From positions 47,679,727-47,743,726 of the forward strand of contig CM097885.1 in NCBI GenBank assembly GCA_044892525.1: a stretch of 64,000 nt of DNA. The letters are read 5' to 3'. Position numbers and translations under genes: made by a program. The notes under the pieces are model-generated. The model made no database searches. It saw only the letters and a program-made list of their open reading frames with translations, and had not been told where the DNA came from. Source of the stretch: Schmidtea polychroa. Taxonomy: Eukaryota. Positions 50,779-64,000 of the stretch are shown here, in pieces (the first letter of the stretch is position 1; every line of letters starts with the position of its first letter).

Positions 50779-52759
50779 CTAAACATTATAAAATTGTCAA
50801 TGTACACATTCAAATTCAGATTATGGTAGAGATATTAACAAATTATTGCTTAATCATGATTTTATTACAAATTTCATTATAATCACATTGACACACGAAC
50901 GACTTTATAGACAAACTTTGACGAAAATACAAAGTCAAACAATAAGTGTATAATAAATCAAAAATAATTAAAATTTATAGAAATTAATAGAAAGTTCAAA
51001 TTCGATGCCTATCAATAAATGTGTCATGATTTGTATGGGATTTGATAATGTTGGAGAATTGATATAATTTCTATCACGGGAAATATTTATTTAATCAATG
51101 TGATTACATATCGATTTCTGCACATTAATTGTAAAAATACAATTACGTTGAATTACTGCATTTTAAAATAATTAATTGAAATTATAAATACCGCAATAAA
51201 CAATATATATTTCTATTTTTTCGCAATCAAATAAACGAAATATTGGTTAGATTAGACAACATTTTTTCGGATCGGGTCATATATTAAAATTTACAAAAAC
51301 TTCAATATTTGCTGATTCATCAGTTCACCAATTTTCCACGTACAGAGTACACTTTTTTGGAAAAATCTTATTTTGTTGTATTTGATCTTGGGCGTTATTC
51401 AAAAAGTGTGTTCCTACCTGTTCAGATATACAAGGTTAGATAAAGTTTATAGGTAACAAAAAATGGATGATGATGCTAAAGTTTCCGTGGATATATCTGA
51501 AATTTTATTTCCTAAAATATTTCATTTTCATATTATATTTAGAGCTCAAATGTATCGCGTTCTTTTACTCTAATCGATAAATTTTGATGTATATGTTAAA
51601 CAGTTCTTTAGAAAAGAGTAAGTTCTCGTCTGTCCCGAATGGGTAAAAAATTAAAATAAACTTCATTTAGCGCTTCATAACAGTATTTAAAAGCAATTTT
51701 ATAATGAAAATGAATATTTAAAAAATGCTTATGAAAATGGGATTAAAAATTTTAAAAGAAAAGCATCTTATGTCCATTAAAAAATTCAAACTATATTTAA
51801 AATATAATACAAAGATTTTTGAAAAGTTCTATTGTATTATGCAAGTTCTGTATTATGTGAGCCACATGTTGATCATGTCAGAATTAGTAAATAAACATAA
51901 TAAGAAATTATCAAAATCTTTTATCCTATTCATTATTGATCTTTTTTCAATTTTCACTATCTTCAAAGGCTGTACTGAAATATCGAATACCTTATATTTT
52001 GTTTTGATCTATAGTCTTACAAACATTAATATTAAAATTCTTGATTTTGTTTTATTTTTCTATTTCTAAATTTCAACAACCTTTCAGCAAATAAACCAGC
52101 ATTAAAATCTTCTGATAATTCAGCTCTCATATTTCTTGTGTGTTAGTGTTTTGAATAGATACAATAGACAGAATTAATAGCACGAGTGTCCGGAGATTCC
52201 TGGGTATAAGAAATATTTTTTAGGATATGTTGAGCTTATGATAATTTATTTTACACAATTAATGGATCAATTACCAAACACTAATTAGTAAAACTTTAAT
52301 ATTCTAGCTTTATTTTATTGGATTTAAATTTTATTTTTGTACAAACCAAAACAATCAACTCAGCGATTCAAGACATACATACAGAATTACTTTTACGCTT
52401 TAAATGTGTTAATTTCACAATAAAATTATTTACTTTTTTATATTACTTATTTTCATATTTCAAGTAAATATTTACACAAATTTCATATTGTGGAAAACAG
52501 ATTTTTACGCAATTTTAGTGTAGTTGACAAATGTAAAACTTCTGTTGCAAACACAATTATTGATCTACACATTTCTTGAAAATTATCATGAATTCATAAT
52601 TAGGAATTATTTTGAATTATTATTAAATTTAGTTTAAATTTAGCTTTAAATTCAGTCAACGTATTGTTCTCAGCTCTACAATATAGCAAATGATCTAATG
52701 ACATTACTACTTTCAGAGTTGATTACTACCGAATTAATATTTACGCAACAAGCTCTAGG

Positions 52760-53066
52760 GACATCGTTAACAAAACTGTATCCATATGTTGATGGTGGTA
52801 AACAGCGATCTGTTAACTTTTAAAAAGCAATACGTGTTCTCGATCCCCGACAAGTACGTGTTCTGTCTACTTCTATTGAGCAATATACTTCTGTGTTCTG
52901 GGAAGTAAATGTGCTATTGGCAATACCAGTTTATTTTGTCAATGTGGAAAAAAGATTTAGTAAATATGGTGACATTTTATCTTTGAAACGAAGATCTTTA
53001 ACCACTGACAATGAAGAAAAGCTATTAATGCTCTGTTTCAATAATGATAATCTCAGTTTGAAATGA
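52760..53066 (+). mobile_element. hAT-like transposase C-terminal remnant
   Basis: LLAIPV..VNVEKRFSKYGDILSLKRRSLTTDN..KLLMLCFN. Confidence 0.6.
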
Positions 53067-53271
53067 TTGATTCCTTTATTTATACTACGTAATAATAAAA
53101 AGAAGAAATGGATGTCTATTAGCTCATGTCTTCATATTCCTATACGGGACGCTTATTGGCATTACTTAAAAAATGACGAAAATTAATTTTAAATAAAGCG
53201 GAATAAAACGAAATTCTAAAATCTTAAGGCAAAAAATACCATTTTTACGTAAAAAAATTGTTCCTTTTTAT

Positions 53272-53380
53272 AATGCAGTTCGCTCAGAAAGTATTATCCA
53301 CACCGACCAATGGTGAATATATGAAAATTTTAATCTATTAGAAGATTTTTATGGAACTGTAAATCATTCGGTTTCATTTT
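53272..53380 (+). mobile_element. Merlin/ISXO2 transposase fragment
   Basis: VRSESIIHTDQW.IY..F.....YGTVNHSVSF matches the IS1016/Merlin DDE region. Confidence 0.7.
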
Positions 53381-53489
53381 ATGTAATATTTTATGTAATA
53401 TTTTATGTACTTATTTTGGTATTTTAAATCTCCTTGAATGATCTTATGATCTTTTTTTCAATTTCCTTTGACTATTTCATTTTTTAGAC

Positions 53490-53620
53490 TAGTGGTACGC
53501 AAACTTTTTACCTCCCGGCACAAAATAGAAAAAAATACTAAATATTTTCGCATTAGCGGCACATTTTAAATTCTTTTACGGCACACTAATATGCCGCGGC
53601 ACATAGTTTGCGTACCACTG
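53490..53620. mobile_element. 131-bp Buster/Charlie-type MITE
   Basis: TIR (C/T)AGTGGTACGCAAACT; perfect TSD TTTTAGAC. Confidence 0.92.
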
Positions 53621-55731
53621 TTTTAGACTATAGATCAATATCTTGTTTTTATCTAACACGAATTTTCAGCACTGTCTTTTGAATTATAAATTTTACGGTG
53701 TTTGCTGTTTACATAATCATTTTTTTATTTTAAGTAAAAACTGGAATTTAAAAATTACAATTAAGAGAATTTTCGGGGTGTTTATTATTCACCAGTTTCG
53801 ACTTTTAATGTAAAATAATAATTAATAATTGCACTTTTAAAATATGCATTAATTAAATCTAATATTATAAAAAAATGTCATTTAAAATTGTAATAAGCTT
53901 GTTGCTAGAGCTTGTTGCGTAAATATTAATTCGGTAGTAATCAACTCTGAAAGTAGTAATGTCATTAGATCATTTGCTATATTGTAGAGCTGAGAACAAT
54001 ACGTTGACTGAATTTAAAGCTAAATTTAATAATAATTCAAAATAATTCCTAATTATGAATTCATGATAATCTACCTAACCCAGTCAGAACAATTGTATAT
54101 ATTCTTGAGAAATGGATATTTGATTGTCAAATCGAACGAATCAAACAATGATAATATGCTCGAAATGATTTGAAATGGTGAATAACTAGAATTAATTTAA
54201 ATCAGTTTGATGTTGAAATAACTTTAGCTTATTATTATGCTTCATTTGTTTTTGAGTGTATTATTATATTATTTACATATGTCAACTAATTATAATAATC
54301 GGTGCTATTTCATATCAGATAAAAACATGTGTGAAGATGGTTGTGAAAATTATGCATAACCAGAAAATCATTCTAAACTAATTCAAAGATGATTTTCAAA
54401 TAATTGTATTTATTTGAGTTTAAAATTTATGTACAAATCCATGATTTGCAAATCAAATATGAATTAATTGTCTACATATTATTTTAACAAAAAAACAAAT
54501 AGAAACAATTTTAGATCATTAATAGGATATGACTATTTGATACTGTTTTCAATCGTTAAACAATATATTTGATAGCCTTTCAATTATTTATATAAATATT
54601 TTTGAGCTTTAACACATTAAGCAGTTATGTCGTCTATATTCGTCAAGTTCTATTGTATTGCGTAACGCTTATGACAAATATCTTCGCATTTTGAACTTAT
54701 GATTATGTCGAATATTAACTCGTAATCGTTTCTAATAAAGAAGAGATGTGCATATTGCAAGCTTCAACTTGTTTAGGCGTCATTTACGATGTGGAAAACA
54801 TAAACACAAAATGTCATCGGGTGGATAGAAAGAATATATAAACTAGTTACAAAAATACGTGGCTATCATTGGAGGAACTTCGTACAATGCATCAAACTGT
54901 TTAAGAAGTTTAAAAAACTACTGTTTCTGTCAATTTGTTGTGATAGAATTTATTTTTTCAAAATTTCGGAGTTATCCATGCAATGATATATGATTAATAT
55001 AATGTTATATGATTAATGATGTAGAAATTCAGTTGACAAGGATCAGCAGAAAATTCTGAGTTCAAACCTGAGGATAATTTTGGATCTATTGAAGTTAAAA
55101 TGTATGGGAAATATTTCTTGTGTTACAAATTTCTTGTATTAATCAACTTGCAAAAGTTTGGTTCTTTCCCAAAGTTTTAAGTTTTCTTAACTTCTAATTT
55201 TTTAATTATTAGTTCAGTCTATGGGTTACGAGCCTGATTTTAAGACACAAAATAAATTACGAAATAAAAAATATTTTGTTGTTTCCTGGAAATGAAAATG
55301 TATATTTACTTTATTTATTCAATGATGAACACAAATTTTCCCAGCACACTAAACATAATTTTTTTATGAATTTTTTTTATGAAATCTATAATTGAAAACT
55401 AAATGAAAATCATAAATAAAAAGACACTAAATGTTAACGAAAAGAAAACTGATTTTACAAAATTAGAATTTTATTAAATTTCTGTAACTAGAAATACTAT
55501 TAAAGGGGATTATTTTGACCTTAGATTTGTATTAATACTATTTCCGATTTATCAAAGATTTTCTGGACGAAATTGTTTACAATTTTTATTTTGTTATAGT
55601 TTCGATGTTTGCTCACTTAGGGCATTGCTAAATAGTATTCATTTTTATTTCTCGTAACAATTACAAAAATTTTAAAACTTTTCCAGTAACAGCGTTACTT
55701 TGTGAGTTAACAATTTTTTATAACTGTTTAA

Positions 55732-55973
55732 CCCTATCTAAGGCAAAGGAAACTAAAAGTGATGTAAAACTCAAAGTTTATTAATAATAATTATATAGTT
55801 ACAAATGATCATAAAAAAATAAAAACATAGAAAAAAACAAAAGAGGCTTTTAGGGAGAAGGGGTGGTGAGAAGTAGTTGTACCAAAAGTAAAAATGATTA
55901 CCGGCAGCGTTAAACTTAGATATTTTTATTAGTTTAAATTGTGTACAGTATATTGCCACCACCTTAGAAAGGG
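55732..55973. mobile_element. piggyBac-type MITE
   Basis: TTAA on both sides; TIR CCCT(A/T)TCTAAGG. Confidence 0.7.
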
Positions 55974-56319
55974 TTAAAGCTTTTTAAATTAGGCACTAGA
56001 TAAATTTTTTGAAATAAATTGCCATTCTTTATATTGTCTGAGAATTTATTATTAAAATGAAAGATTTTAAAATTGAAATTTCCTCAAAGAATGACAATTT
56101 ATTCTTTTATGTGTTACTCTGCATATTTTATTTATTTTTTCTACTGTTTAATCTACATATCTTTATGAAAGTTTATTTGTAAGTGTCTTAATTTCGGATC
56201 TATATTTATTCAAATGTACATAGAAAATATCTATTATAAAATGTAAAATAAACTATTTGTAACAAGTTTTAAAGGGTCTCATCAAACTTCTAAAAACAAC
56301 AGAATTATGAAGTTGTCCA

Positions 56320-56470
56320 ATATTGGCTTCAAACTTCAAGTTTCAACGCAAATATTTTAAACTATAGAAAACAAAGCAATTGGTCCATAAGAAGAGATTA
56401 CGGTGTATTCATCATCCTTGTCAATTTTCACAATCATTAATTTTTTAAATGATTTCCAAATATTTGAAAC
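56320..56470 (-). mobile_element. LINE reverse-transcriptase remnant
   Basis: WK...IVKIDKDDEYTVISSYGPIALFS resembles WK.A.I..I.K.....SSYRPI.LLS. Confidence 0.45.
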
Positions 56471-56920
56471 AGTATTTTCCGCTATGATTTTATTAAAGAA
56501 AACATAGCATTTATTCTTGTGGTACTCCAGTCAAGTGTTACGATTTGTTGTTTTCTGCATTAGTTAAAAATAAAACGAGAAAACAAGTTGAAAACATAAC
56601 AACTGAAATATTAATATGACAAATTAACTAACCGAAAAAGAAAGGTCGGTACTAATTAATTAGTTGTAATTTAAAAATTTGTTTTTGTGCAATATTAGTT
56701 TAAAATATATTTCAGGTCTTTGGCGAAGCACGAATACAGATGATTGCCATTGTTTATTTTACATGACATTATAATAAAACCCATTAAAGTTCCAAAATAG
56801 AGTGGCGACCGCTAGTGTGAAGGTGGTAGAATGCTAAAACACCGATAAAAGAAAACTATAAAAGAAAATATTCAGTTTGCAGAAGATAAATTATAGTAGA
56901 CAGTAATAGATGGTATAGAT

Positions 56921-57133
56921 CAGAGCTTCTCAAACTTTTTTTAGTATTATTCTGCCGACCCTAAGTATAGATATAAAAAAGATGAAAATAGTAATATAAA
57001 ATAAAATATTTATTATATTCAAAAAATATTTTATTTTGAAGCCAACCTAATGTTTTTTTAGTTACAATCTTCCGTTTTCTTGAAATTTCTACAACCCCAT
57101 CTTGGGTCGCGACCCACACTTTGAGAACCACTG
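56921..57133. mobile_element. Buster/Charlie-type MITE
   Basis: TIR CAG.G.TTCTCAAA; perfect TSD GTATAGAT. Confidence 0.9.
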
Positions 57134-57417
57134 GTATAGATTATTAACGAGGAAATATATTGAATGATTATATTGACAATATTAATGATTCAAATTGATA
57201 TTGAATTTGTTTATTTTAATTGTAATATTAATTTTAATTTGCTGACGATTTCTAATAATAGTAATTTTTTAAAGCATGATGGATAAATTAAGCAATATAT
57301 ACCGTTATTTTGGTGTTATGGACCGAGAAAATTTCAATCAAAAAATATTTCATAAATATAATTATAGAGTAGAATTAATTAAAATTGACTAACATAATCC
57401 AAAGAAGTCAATTTATA

Positions 57418-57450
<33 letters not shown>

Positions 57451-58318
57451 ATTGTAATGTGAACCAATCTGAAAAATAATAAATCGATTTTTGTGAAAAA
57501 TGCTTTTTAATGACTCTCTTGAAAAATCAAAAGGAACAATATCTGAAGAACAAAATGGAAGAATGTCTATGTAAAAGTTGAGATTTTATACGACTGACAA
57601 TCAATTGACAGAGAAAAGGAGAGAAGATATATGAGAAAAATTAACAAAAAGTTATTTTAAACCTAAATTCTAGTTACCAGAATTTAAAGAAGCTTAAGGA
57701 TACATTTTATCCGGATAAATAAATAATTGTTACAATATGAATCGTGCTCGGAACCGAAGACAATTTCCGTAACACCAGGGGAGCTCCAACATAAATATTT
57801 CTGTTCCTTTTTTAAGAATTTAAGATAAGTTGTTGCAAAAGAACCTACAACTTCAGGGATTCATTGATCCAGATACTTTTATTCTTGTAAATATTTTACA
57901 CAACTTATACTCTGTCGAATTTGGATTATAAATAAAGGCTATAGGAAAAAGATAAATGTCTTGGCTTTATTTATTTATATAGAACCACAACCAACTAAAT
58001 CATTCACAATAATTATATAATTAATTATTAACATAATTAAGATCTTCACTCCAAAATTTTTGATCTTAACATACCCAACAAAATGTAATTCAGTAATTTT
58101 CTTTGGGTTTAAATATATTTGATTAAATTTTATATAATCATTAAAATCTTTAGCCACTTCCCCTTCGATCTCTTATTTCATTTATTTTCGTTTTGATAAA
58201 AAGTTTTACATTTCAAACAATTCTTTAACACTTGATAAAGACAAAGACGAAAATTTGCAGAATTAAATTATTGATTATTTATAAAAATGAAAATAAATGA
58301 AAACAGATCTATGGTGAT

Positions 58319-58863
58319 CAGTGGCGTAACTAGTGGACGCAGGACCCTGCGTTGCGGGGGCCCAAAATTATTACTAAAAAAATATTTACAATCATTTTCT
58401 GAAACTTTTTCCCGCAGTTATATTTGCCCACAAACATAAAACTATCATTGAATAGCGGCTGCTGTGAATAACTATGTATTAAACTTTAACCGAAAAATTT
58501 AAGTGGAAATATTTTTAATTAAACATAGTAGCCTTTGCCTTTTAAAAATTACATGTGCGATTGAAAAAGTTGTGTGGCATTTTTCAATTGAATAAGATTG
58601 AGTTAGCCAAAAGTTATAATTTGTTGCATTTTAAGTGTAAGTTTTCAATTTCCTAAGTTAAAGTTTCAGTTAGTTCTATTATTCAATTTTTAATTTATTA
58701 TTTTTTCTGAATTACTATAGTATAGTCTTCAATATATGAAATATGATATGATATGAAATTATGATATATGAAATAAATATCTAACTTGTTTTTGTTTAAA
58801 AAAAATTATTGTGGAATTATTTTACATTGCGCGGGGGGGCCATATTTTGAAGTTCCGCCATTG
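58319..58863. mobile_element. hAT (Tip100-like) MITE
   Basis: TIR CA(G/A)TGGCG(T/G)AACT; perfect TSD ATGGTGAT; subterminal GGGGGCC motifs. Confidence 0.88.
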
Positions 58864-59329
58864 ATGGTGATAAATAAAATTTTTAAAATTAGTGATAATT
58901 CAATTTGTTATTTACTATTTCCAATTAGAATTTTCTATGTTGGAGATTAATATTTAATTATTCTTGTGGTGTTTGCCGCCAAAAATCCAGATATTAATTT
59001 GTTAATAATAAATTTTAATTAATTAATTAATTAAATTTTTTATTTCTAAATAATAAATTTTTGTACCTAATAAGAGTCGTTGATCAATAAATAAGTTGAT
59101 TTATTCTCTAGCACCTTACGTGATGGGAAAAGTTATTTTTATGCATAAATATTTCTAATAGTTTTCCTTTGCTTTTGGTTTATTGAAAAAAACAGAATGC
59201 ATATTTTACAGACATTCTAGATCACAGTGGGAAAGAGAATAATTAGCAGAATGCAAAATCAATAAATTTTTGCATGAATTGAAATTATCAAATAACAAAT
59301 TAATTTATGCAAAATAATTAAGTCAAAAA

Positions 59330-60110
59330 TTTTCCGAATAATTTTTCTAATTGAATAATTATCTCATGAATAATAAAATTTATATAATTTATAATGTTAA
59401 TTTATTAATTTGATAGTAGAATTAATTTAATTAATTATTGGATTATGAATAAAAATACAAATTTAATGAATTATTTTATAATTAATTTGTTTATTAATAA
59501 ATTTATATTTATTTAAAATTTTAATTAAATAAATTAGAAAAAATATAAATAATATCTTCATAATTAATAAAAAATAAATTATAATATAATGATTAATAAA
59601 AAAGAATAAATTATAATATAATGATTAATAAAAAAATAATATTTCGTAATTAATTTTAAATAATAATTAATTTATTTATTAATAATATTTATTAAAAGTT
59701 TTAATTAATTAATAAAAATAAAAAATTAATATGTAATGAATTATTAGATGATTAATTAAAAATGATATTTTCATAATTAATTTTAAAGATATATTTATTT
59801 AATTAATTGTCAATAATCTCTTTAAAATTAATTTCTGGATTATTGTTTAAGAATAAAAATGTAATGAATTATTAGGTGATTAATAACAAAAGTTTAAAGA
59901 TTTATTTTATAATTAATTGAATAATTATTTCATGTTTAAAAAAAAATTTTTTTAATTATTATTATAATTATTCGTTTATTTTAGTAATAAAAACTTAAAT
60001 ATTACATATAATAAATATAATAATAATTTAATGAATTAATTATTCTGAAATAATAAATAATATCTACTTATTTTTAAATTTATATCGAATGCTAAAAAGT
60101 CAAATAGGGT
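59330..60110. repeat. Extremely AT-rich low-complexity tract with short duplications
   Basis: Almost no G/C; for example ataaattataatataatgattaataaaaa occurs twice. Confidence 0.8.
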
Positions 60111-60127
60111 TATATACTTATTCTCAC

Positions 60128-60213
60128 CTTGTGAAGCATAATTGCTAGAAATACAATTATTTCTAAATGTAAATGTGCCATACTAGAAGCTGCTCCAAGA
60201 GCAATTCCATCAG
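60128..60213 (-). CDS. SLC39A9: ZIP9 exon 4
   Basis: (A)DGIALGAASS...IVFLAIMLHK|gtgag. Confidence 0.95.
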
Positions 60214-60261
60214 CTATATTAAATTATTAATCAATAAAATAGTAATATAATTAAAAATAAC

Positions 60262-60580
60262 CTGCAGCATGCATCATTAAACCAATTGTTGCTGGAATGC
60301 TTTTCGATCGGCGTCTTTCGCCTGTAATATCTAAATCTGAATTACGATTTCCATTAAATGACGCAGAGATATGGTCGATAATTAGCATAAATATAAATCC
60401 TGAGACAAGGGTGATTCCTATTTTTTTGTGAATACTATCATTTAGATCATTATCATGATGATCTTTCAAATTTAATTTGGATTCTTTGCCGTCAGTTTCA
60501 TGTTTAACATTACCATGATTTTCTAATTTCATATTATCAGGAATCGAATCTATATTGATTTCTCTTACTACATTCTTATC
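60262..60580 (-). CDS. SLC39A9: ZIP9 exon 3
   Basis: IGITLVSGFIFMLIIDHI...ATIGLMMHAA; flanked by 47- and 48-nt GT-AG introns. Confidence 0.92.
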
Positions 60581-60627
60581 CTATTATCTATCATATAAAA
60601 TCTTAGGTAATATTAAAGTAATATTAC

Positions 60628-60801
60628 TTTAAATAACAATTTTCTATCAACTTTATCATCTGATTTTAAAAGCAAAGATTTATGATCCTTATTTTGTAAA
60701 ATAGGTGCGTACATTGTATGGATGCCTTCTGGTATTATTACTGTTAAAGCGGTACCAAGTAATAATCCAGCTCCAAAAATAGTAACAAGTCTTAATTTAT
60801 T
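60628..60801 (-). CDS. SLC39A9: ZIP9 exon 2
   Basis: [31 protein letters not shown]; 58 codons. Confidence 0.92.
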
Positions 60802-60843
60802 CTAGTAAAAGTTATTCGATGAAATTACAAAAAAAATTATTAC

Positions 60844-60930
60844 TGTACTAAAATTAAATGCCAGTGGTATACATCCCGCTAAATAACATCCAACTAACAT
60901 AGAACCACTAAACAACAACAAACTAATCAT
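60844..60930 (-). CDS. SLC39A9: ZIP9 exon 1 (start codon)
   Basis: MISLLLFSGSMLVGCYLAGCIPLAFNFST|gtaat; followed by a 42-nt intron. Confidence 0.9.
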
Positions 60931-63815
60931 TGAAGATATTTTTTGAAAAAATAATATTTATAACAATGTTTTTAAACAAATTCATACACTTCAATTAGAG
61001 AATATTTTTAATATAGTATGTTATCAAAATCAATATTTTTTAAAATTCTAAAAATAAATTATACTTTTAAAAATTCACAATGTAATATTAAACTTTCAAC
61101 ATTGTTTAAAAGCAACTGAGTATGATAAAAGGAGCTCCATAATAAATAACATAATTTTATCGTATTTGAGATATTTTGTATTGAAAGTAGAAAAGCCTAT
61201 TTCTGAGTAATTGATGGACAGTTGATTACAGATCAAAAGCAACAAAAATGAGACTCTTATTACTTTAATCCTATTTTCATTTACAATTATTTCAATTATC
61301 TTGACTACCGAAAAGATTAGTTAAAATTCTTACTCTGACTTCAAGCGTGTCTTTAACCGATTCACAAATAACACTTGACAACAGAAATCTTTATTGATAA
61401 TCACAATTAATTTTATCTTTACATTGACAATCAATTCAACACTCTGCTTGGTGACTATACAATGCTTATTGCCTCACTCAGTGAGGAATACTGCTCGTGT
61501 ACAACACCGAATTGAAAGATCACTAATTACTGATTGCTTTATCGACTTAGACTTTGAGTTGGTTGTTTTCTTTGACTTTCTTCGACAACTTTATTCAAAT
61601 ATTCAATAACTTCTTTTCGTTTATTTTTCAACTAATTCTTTTCTTCAAATCTTCTCCAACAATTATTCTTCACAATTCGTCTTCCAATAAATTTTAGTCT
61701 GATTTGTCTAATTTGTCGTATCGATTTTGTCTTAATTTTGTGTCCCTTTCTTGGTTAACTGTTTCTTTTTATATAGCTTGTTTTATTTGTGGCACTCGAG
61801 ATAATCAATGTTTTCCACTTTTCTTTCTCCCACATTTCCGGCTGTTCCCATTTTATCTCTGACAGATGTCGAGAGATGTTTTCCTTTTTTTTATTTTTTT
61901 TAGTCCGACTTGTCCCGACAATTCCGATATCTCTGACAAGCTGTCAAGATATCCCTTTTCCTGTTGTTCTGTTTTTAGAATTTGAAATTCCTTTTCTCCT
62001 TTGTACTAATTCATTAGTATTGACCTTTGTTTGTGTTTTCTTGTCTGATTTCTTTTGTTTTATTCCTCTTTCTCATTTCTCATTTCTTTTTACTTCAGTT
62101 TTCTTTTCCGAGTTCCCATAGATCGTTCCGTTTGTCATGACGATTTTCCCCCAAGTAAAAGTAATTTTATTTATTTATTTATAAATTTGTTATTTAGGTA
62201 TCTTCAACAGAGGACAGAGGCTAATAAAAGAATAAATACTCAAACAATCAACTTGAATCAAGAAAATCATCCGAAAAATAATCATAAAAATTGTTTCACA
62301 TATCTCTTGTATTCAGAGACAATTGATATAACTATTTTATCCAAATCGTGATAATCGATGTCTTCTAATACTTATAGAACTAACTCCAAGATATCAAAGT
62401 TCAGTTCAAGTCCTACAATAATAACTTAAAACTCGCTCAATTACAACCACATCAATTTCAATCATAACTTACTAAATTTCCTGATTAAATAACTGGAAAT
62501 CTCCAAAAGTACAACGAAGTATTCTTATTTTTGTTAATAAAATTGTAATAATTATTATTTGTGGTTTTGTATCTTTGTCAATATACATACAAGTACCCCG
62601 ACTGTCCCGCCACATTTCTTTACTAGAGACACAGTCAAGCTCTACGGACTTTCCCAACACATCAAATTAGAAGCACTCACAATCACAACTGATAACAAAG
62701 TCACAATAAATAACTAATACTTAACTATTAACTATTAGACAATAATAATCTTCAATCAAAAACGATGGGATAGTGGCTTTTCGCTTAATTTTATTTTCAA
62801 AGTTGTTAATACCCTCTATTACTAGGATTATGTTTATGGCCAGGGCGAGAACTCTGCATATGTGTAAAAAAATAAACAGTAGCTTAGGACTTCCACCGAT
62901 CAAGACTCAAGAAAATATAATCCTGAAAAGTTGTTATGATAATTCTGATGTGAATGTATTTAAATCCGAAATATAATATATTTTTTTAATTTTGTAAGTG
63001 TTTTTGTAGCATTACGATAAAGGTAAAATTTTCTATCAGCTCATCAATTTACATTACCTTATTTCCTAACCGCAACACAATGTTTTTTTACCATCAATCA
63101 CCTGTCGCAAGCGACTTTGGTTATGTGCAATAGTGGGTGGCCGTCAGCAAAAGGTGAGTTTCATAACTAGGGCTGCTAATGCCCTGACGCGCCTTTACGT
63201 CCATGGACTTACAAAAGATGGTATTGTGCCATAATTTATCAGTGATACCTTGTTACCAAAATTTCATTATGACCTATGTTATTAACTTGATTCACTTTTT
63301 ACCCATCATATGTGCTCACAGATTTTCGATAATACTTATCAAGTAACTATTGAAAATTCAACTTTTTTCAAAAAACAAAAGATATCTAAACTAAATTTAC
63401 TATTCTATTGTTAATCACTTAAGTCTATGAAATTCTTTGATTATCCAGCGATATGAGCTTTTTTGAGTAGTTTCAGTCGACTTCGCTCATTTTTTCCGAA
63501 AGCTGCTTGTCATTAGATTTATGTGCGTTTACCGGTGGAATGATTGGTCCAGTGTTGAGCATTGGTAGAAAATCATCATCAGCTGGAAAGAGGTCTTGTT
63601 CGGATATGTAGGCTCTGGCATGAATCTTTTATAGATGAGTTGACTTAATTTTAAAAAGGCTATTTTTGCGCCTGATCCCTGGTAGTGACTTTTAGGTCCT
63701 TTAGTTACCAGATCTTCTTTTATCTGTTTTTTTCGCACTTCAGTTTTTTTATAGATCTTCTTTACGTGGTCAGGGTAAAACAATGTCGACTCCAGGTTTC
63801 GACACATCTTGATCA

Positions 63816-63888
63816 GCCGGTTGGATTGTGTTCGGATCTCGTTTATCAATTCACATGTAATGGGTGTAATGCCACATACATTGGAGAA
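63816..63888 (+). mobile_element. Short Penelope GIY-YIG fragment
   Basis: PVGLCSDLVYQFTCNGCNATYIGE, nearly identical to 22987-23058. Confidence 0.85.
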
Positions 63889-64000
63889 ATTAATTATATT
63901 TAGAATAAAATGTAATGGAAATGATTTCAAGGTATTACATTTTCTTTTGAAAAAATAGTTACCAAGAAGAATAAAGGAGCTCACAAATCATAGAATAATT

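Larger units (their letters stand above)
52582..54070. repeat. ~170-bp inverted duplication (52582-52758 / 53905-54070)
   Basis: Near-identical reverse complements; the left copy has an extra ~10-bp internal duplication. Confidence 0.92.

Noticed and set aside
54613..55433. piggyBac-type element between TTAA sites
   Set aside because: The right TIR is too degenerate and no clear transposase motif was seen.

Overview
Very AT-rich eukaryotic (metazoan) genomic DNA. Introns of 41-48 nt alternate with multi-kb TE-filled introns, and with this TE repertoire the sequence resembles a triclad flatworm (inference, not proven). Two host genes converge. The first is the 3' part of a DHHC palmitoyltransferase (ZDHHC9/14/18 group, + strand, 6 exons, 2996-15554). 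The second is a complete ZIP9/SLC39A9 zinc transporter (- strand, 6 exons, 60930-33107, 356 aa). Most of the rest is transposon-derived: several hAT elements and MITEs with intact TIRs/TSDs; Tc1/IS630-like, mariner, pogo, Merlin, piggyBac-type, Harbinger-type and Helitron-like remnants; two Ty3/gypsy elements (one near-intact, with a -1 frameshift signal); Penelope-like elements carrying minimal hammerhead ribozymes; a 28S rDNA pseudogene; and satellites. The most notable observations are: (1) an ~850-bp TSD-flanked cassette carrying a proteasome alpha-6 fragment fused in frame inside a zinc-ribbon-like ORF; (2) an inverted two-armed Penelope insertion with a 13-bp TSD and two hammerheads; (3) a hAT shell carrying Tc1-type cargo; (4) a four-level TE nest in a ZIP9 intron.
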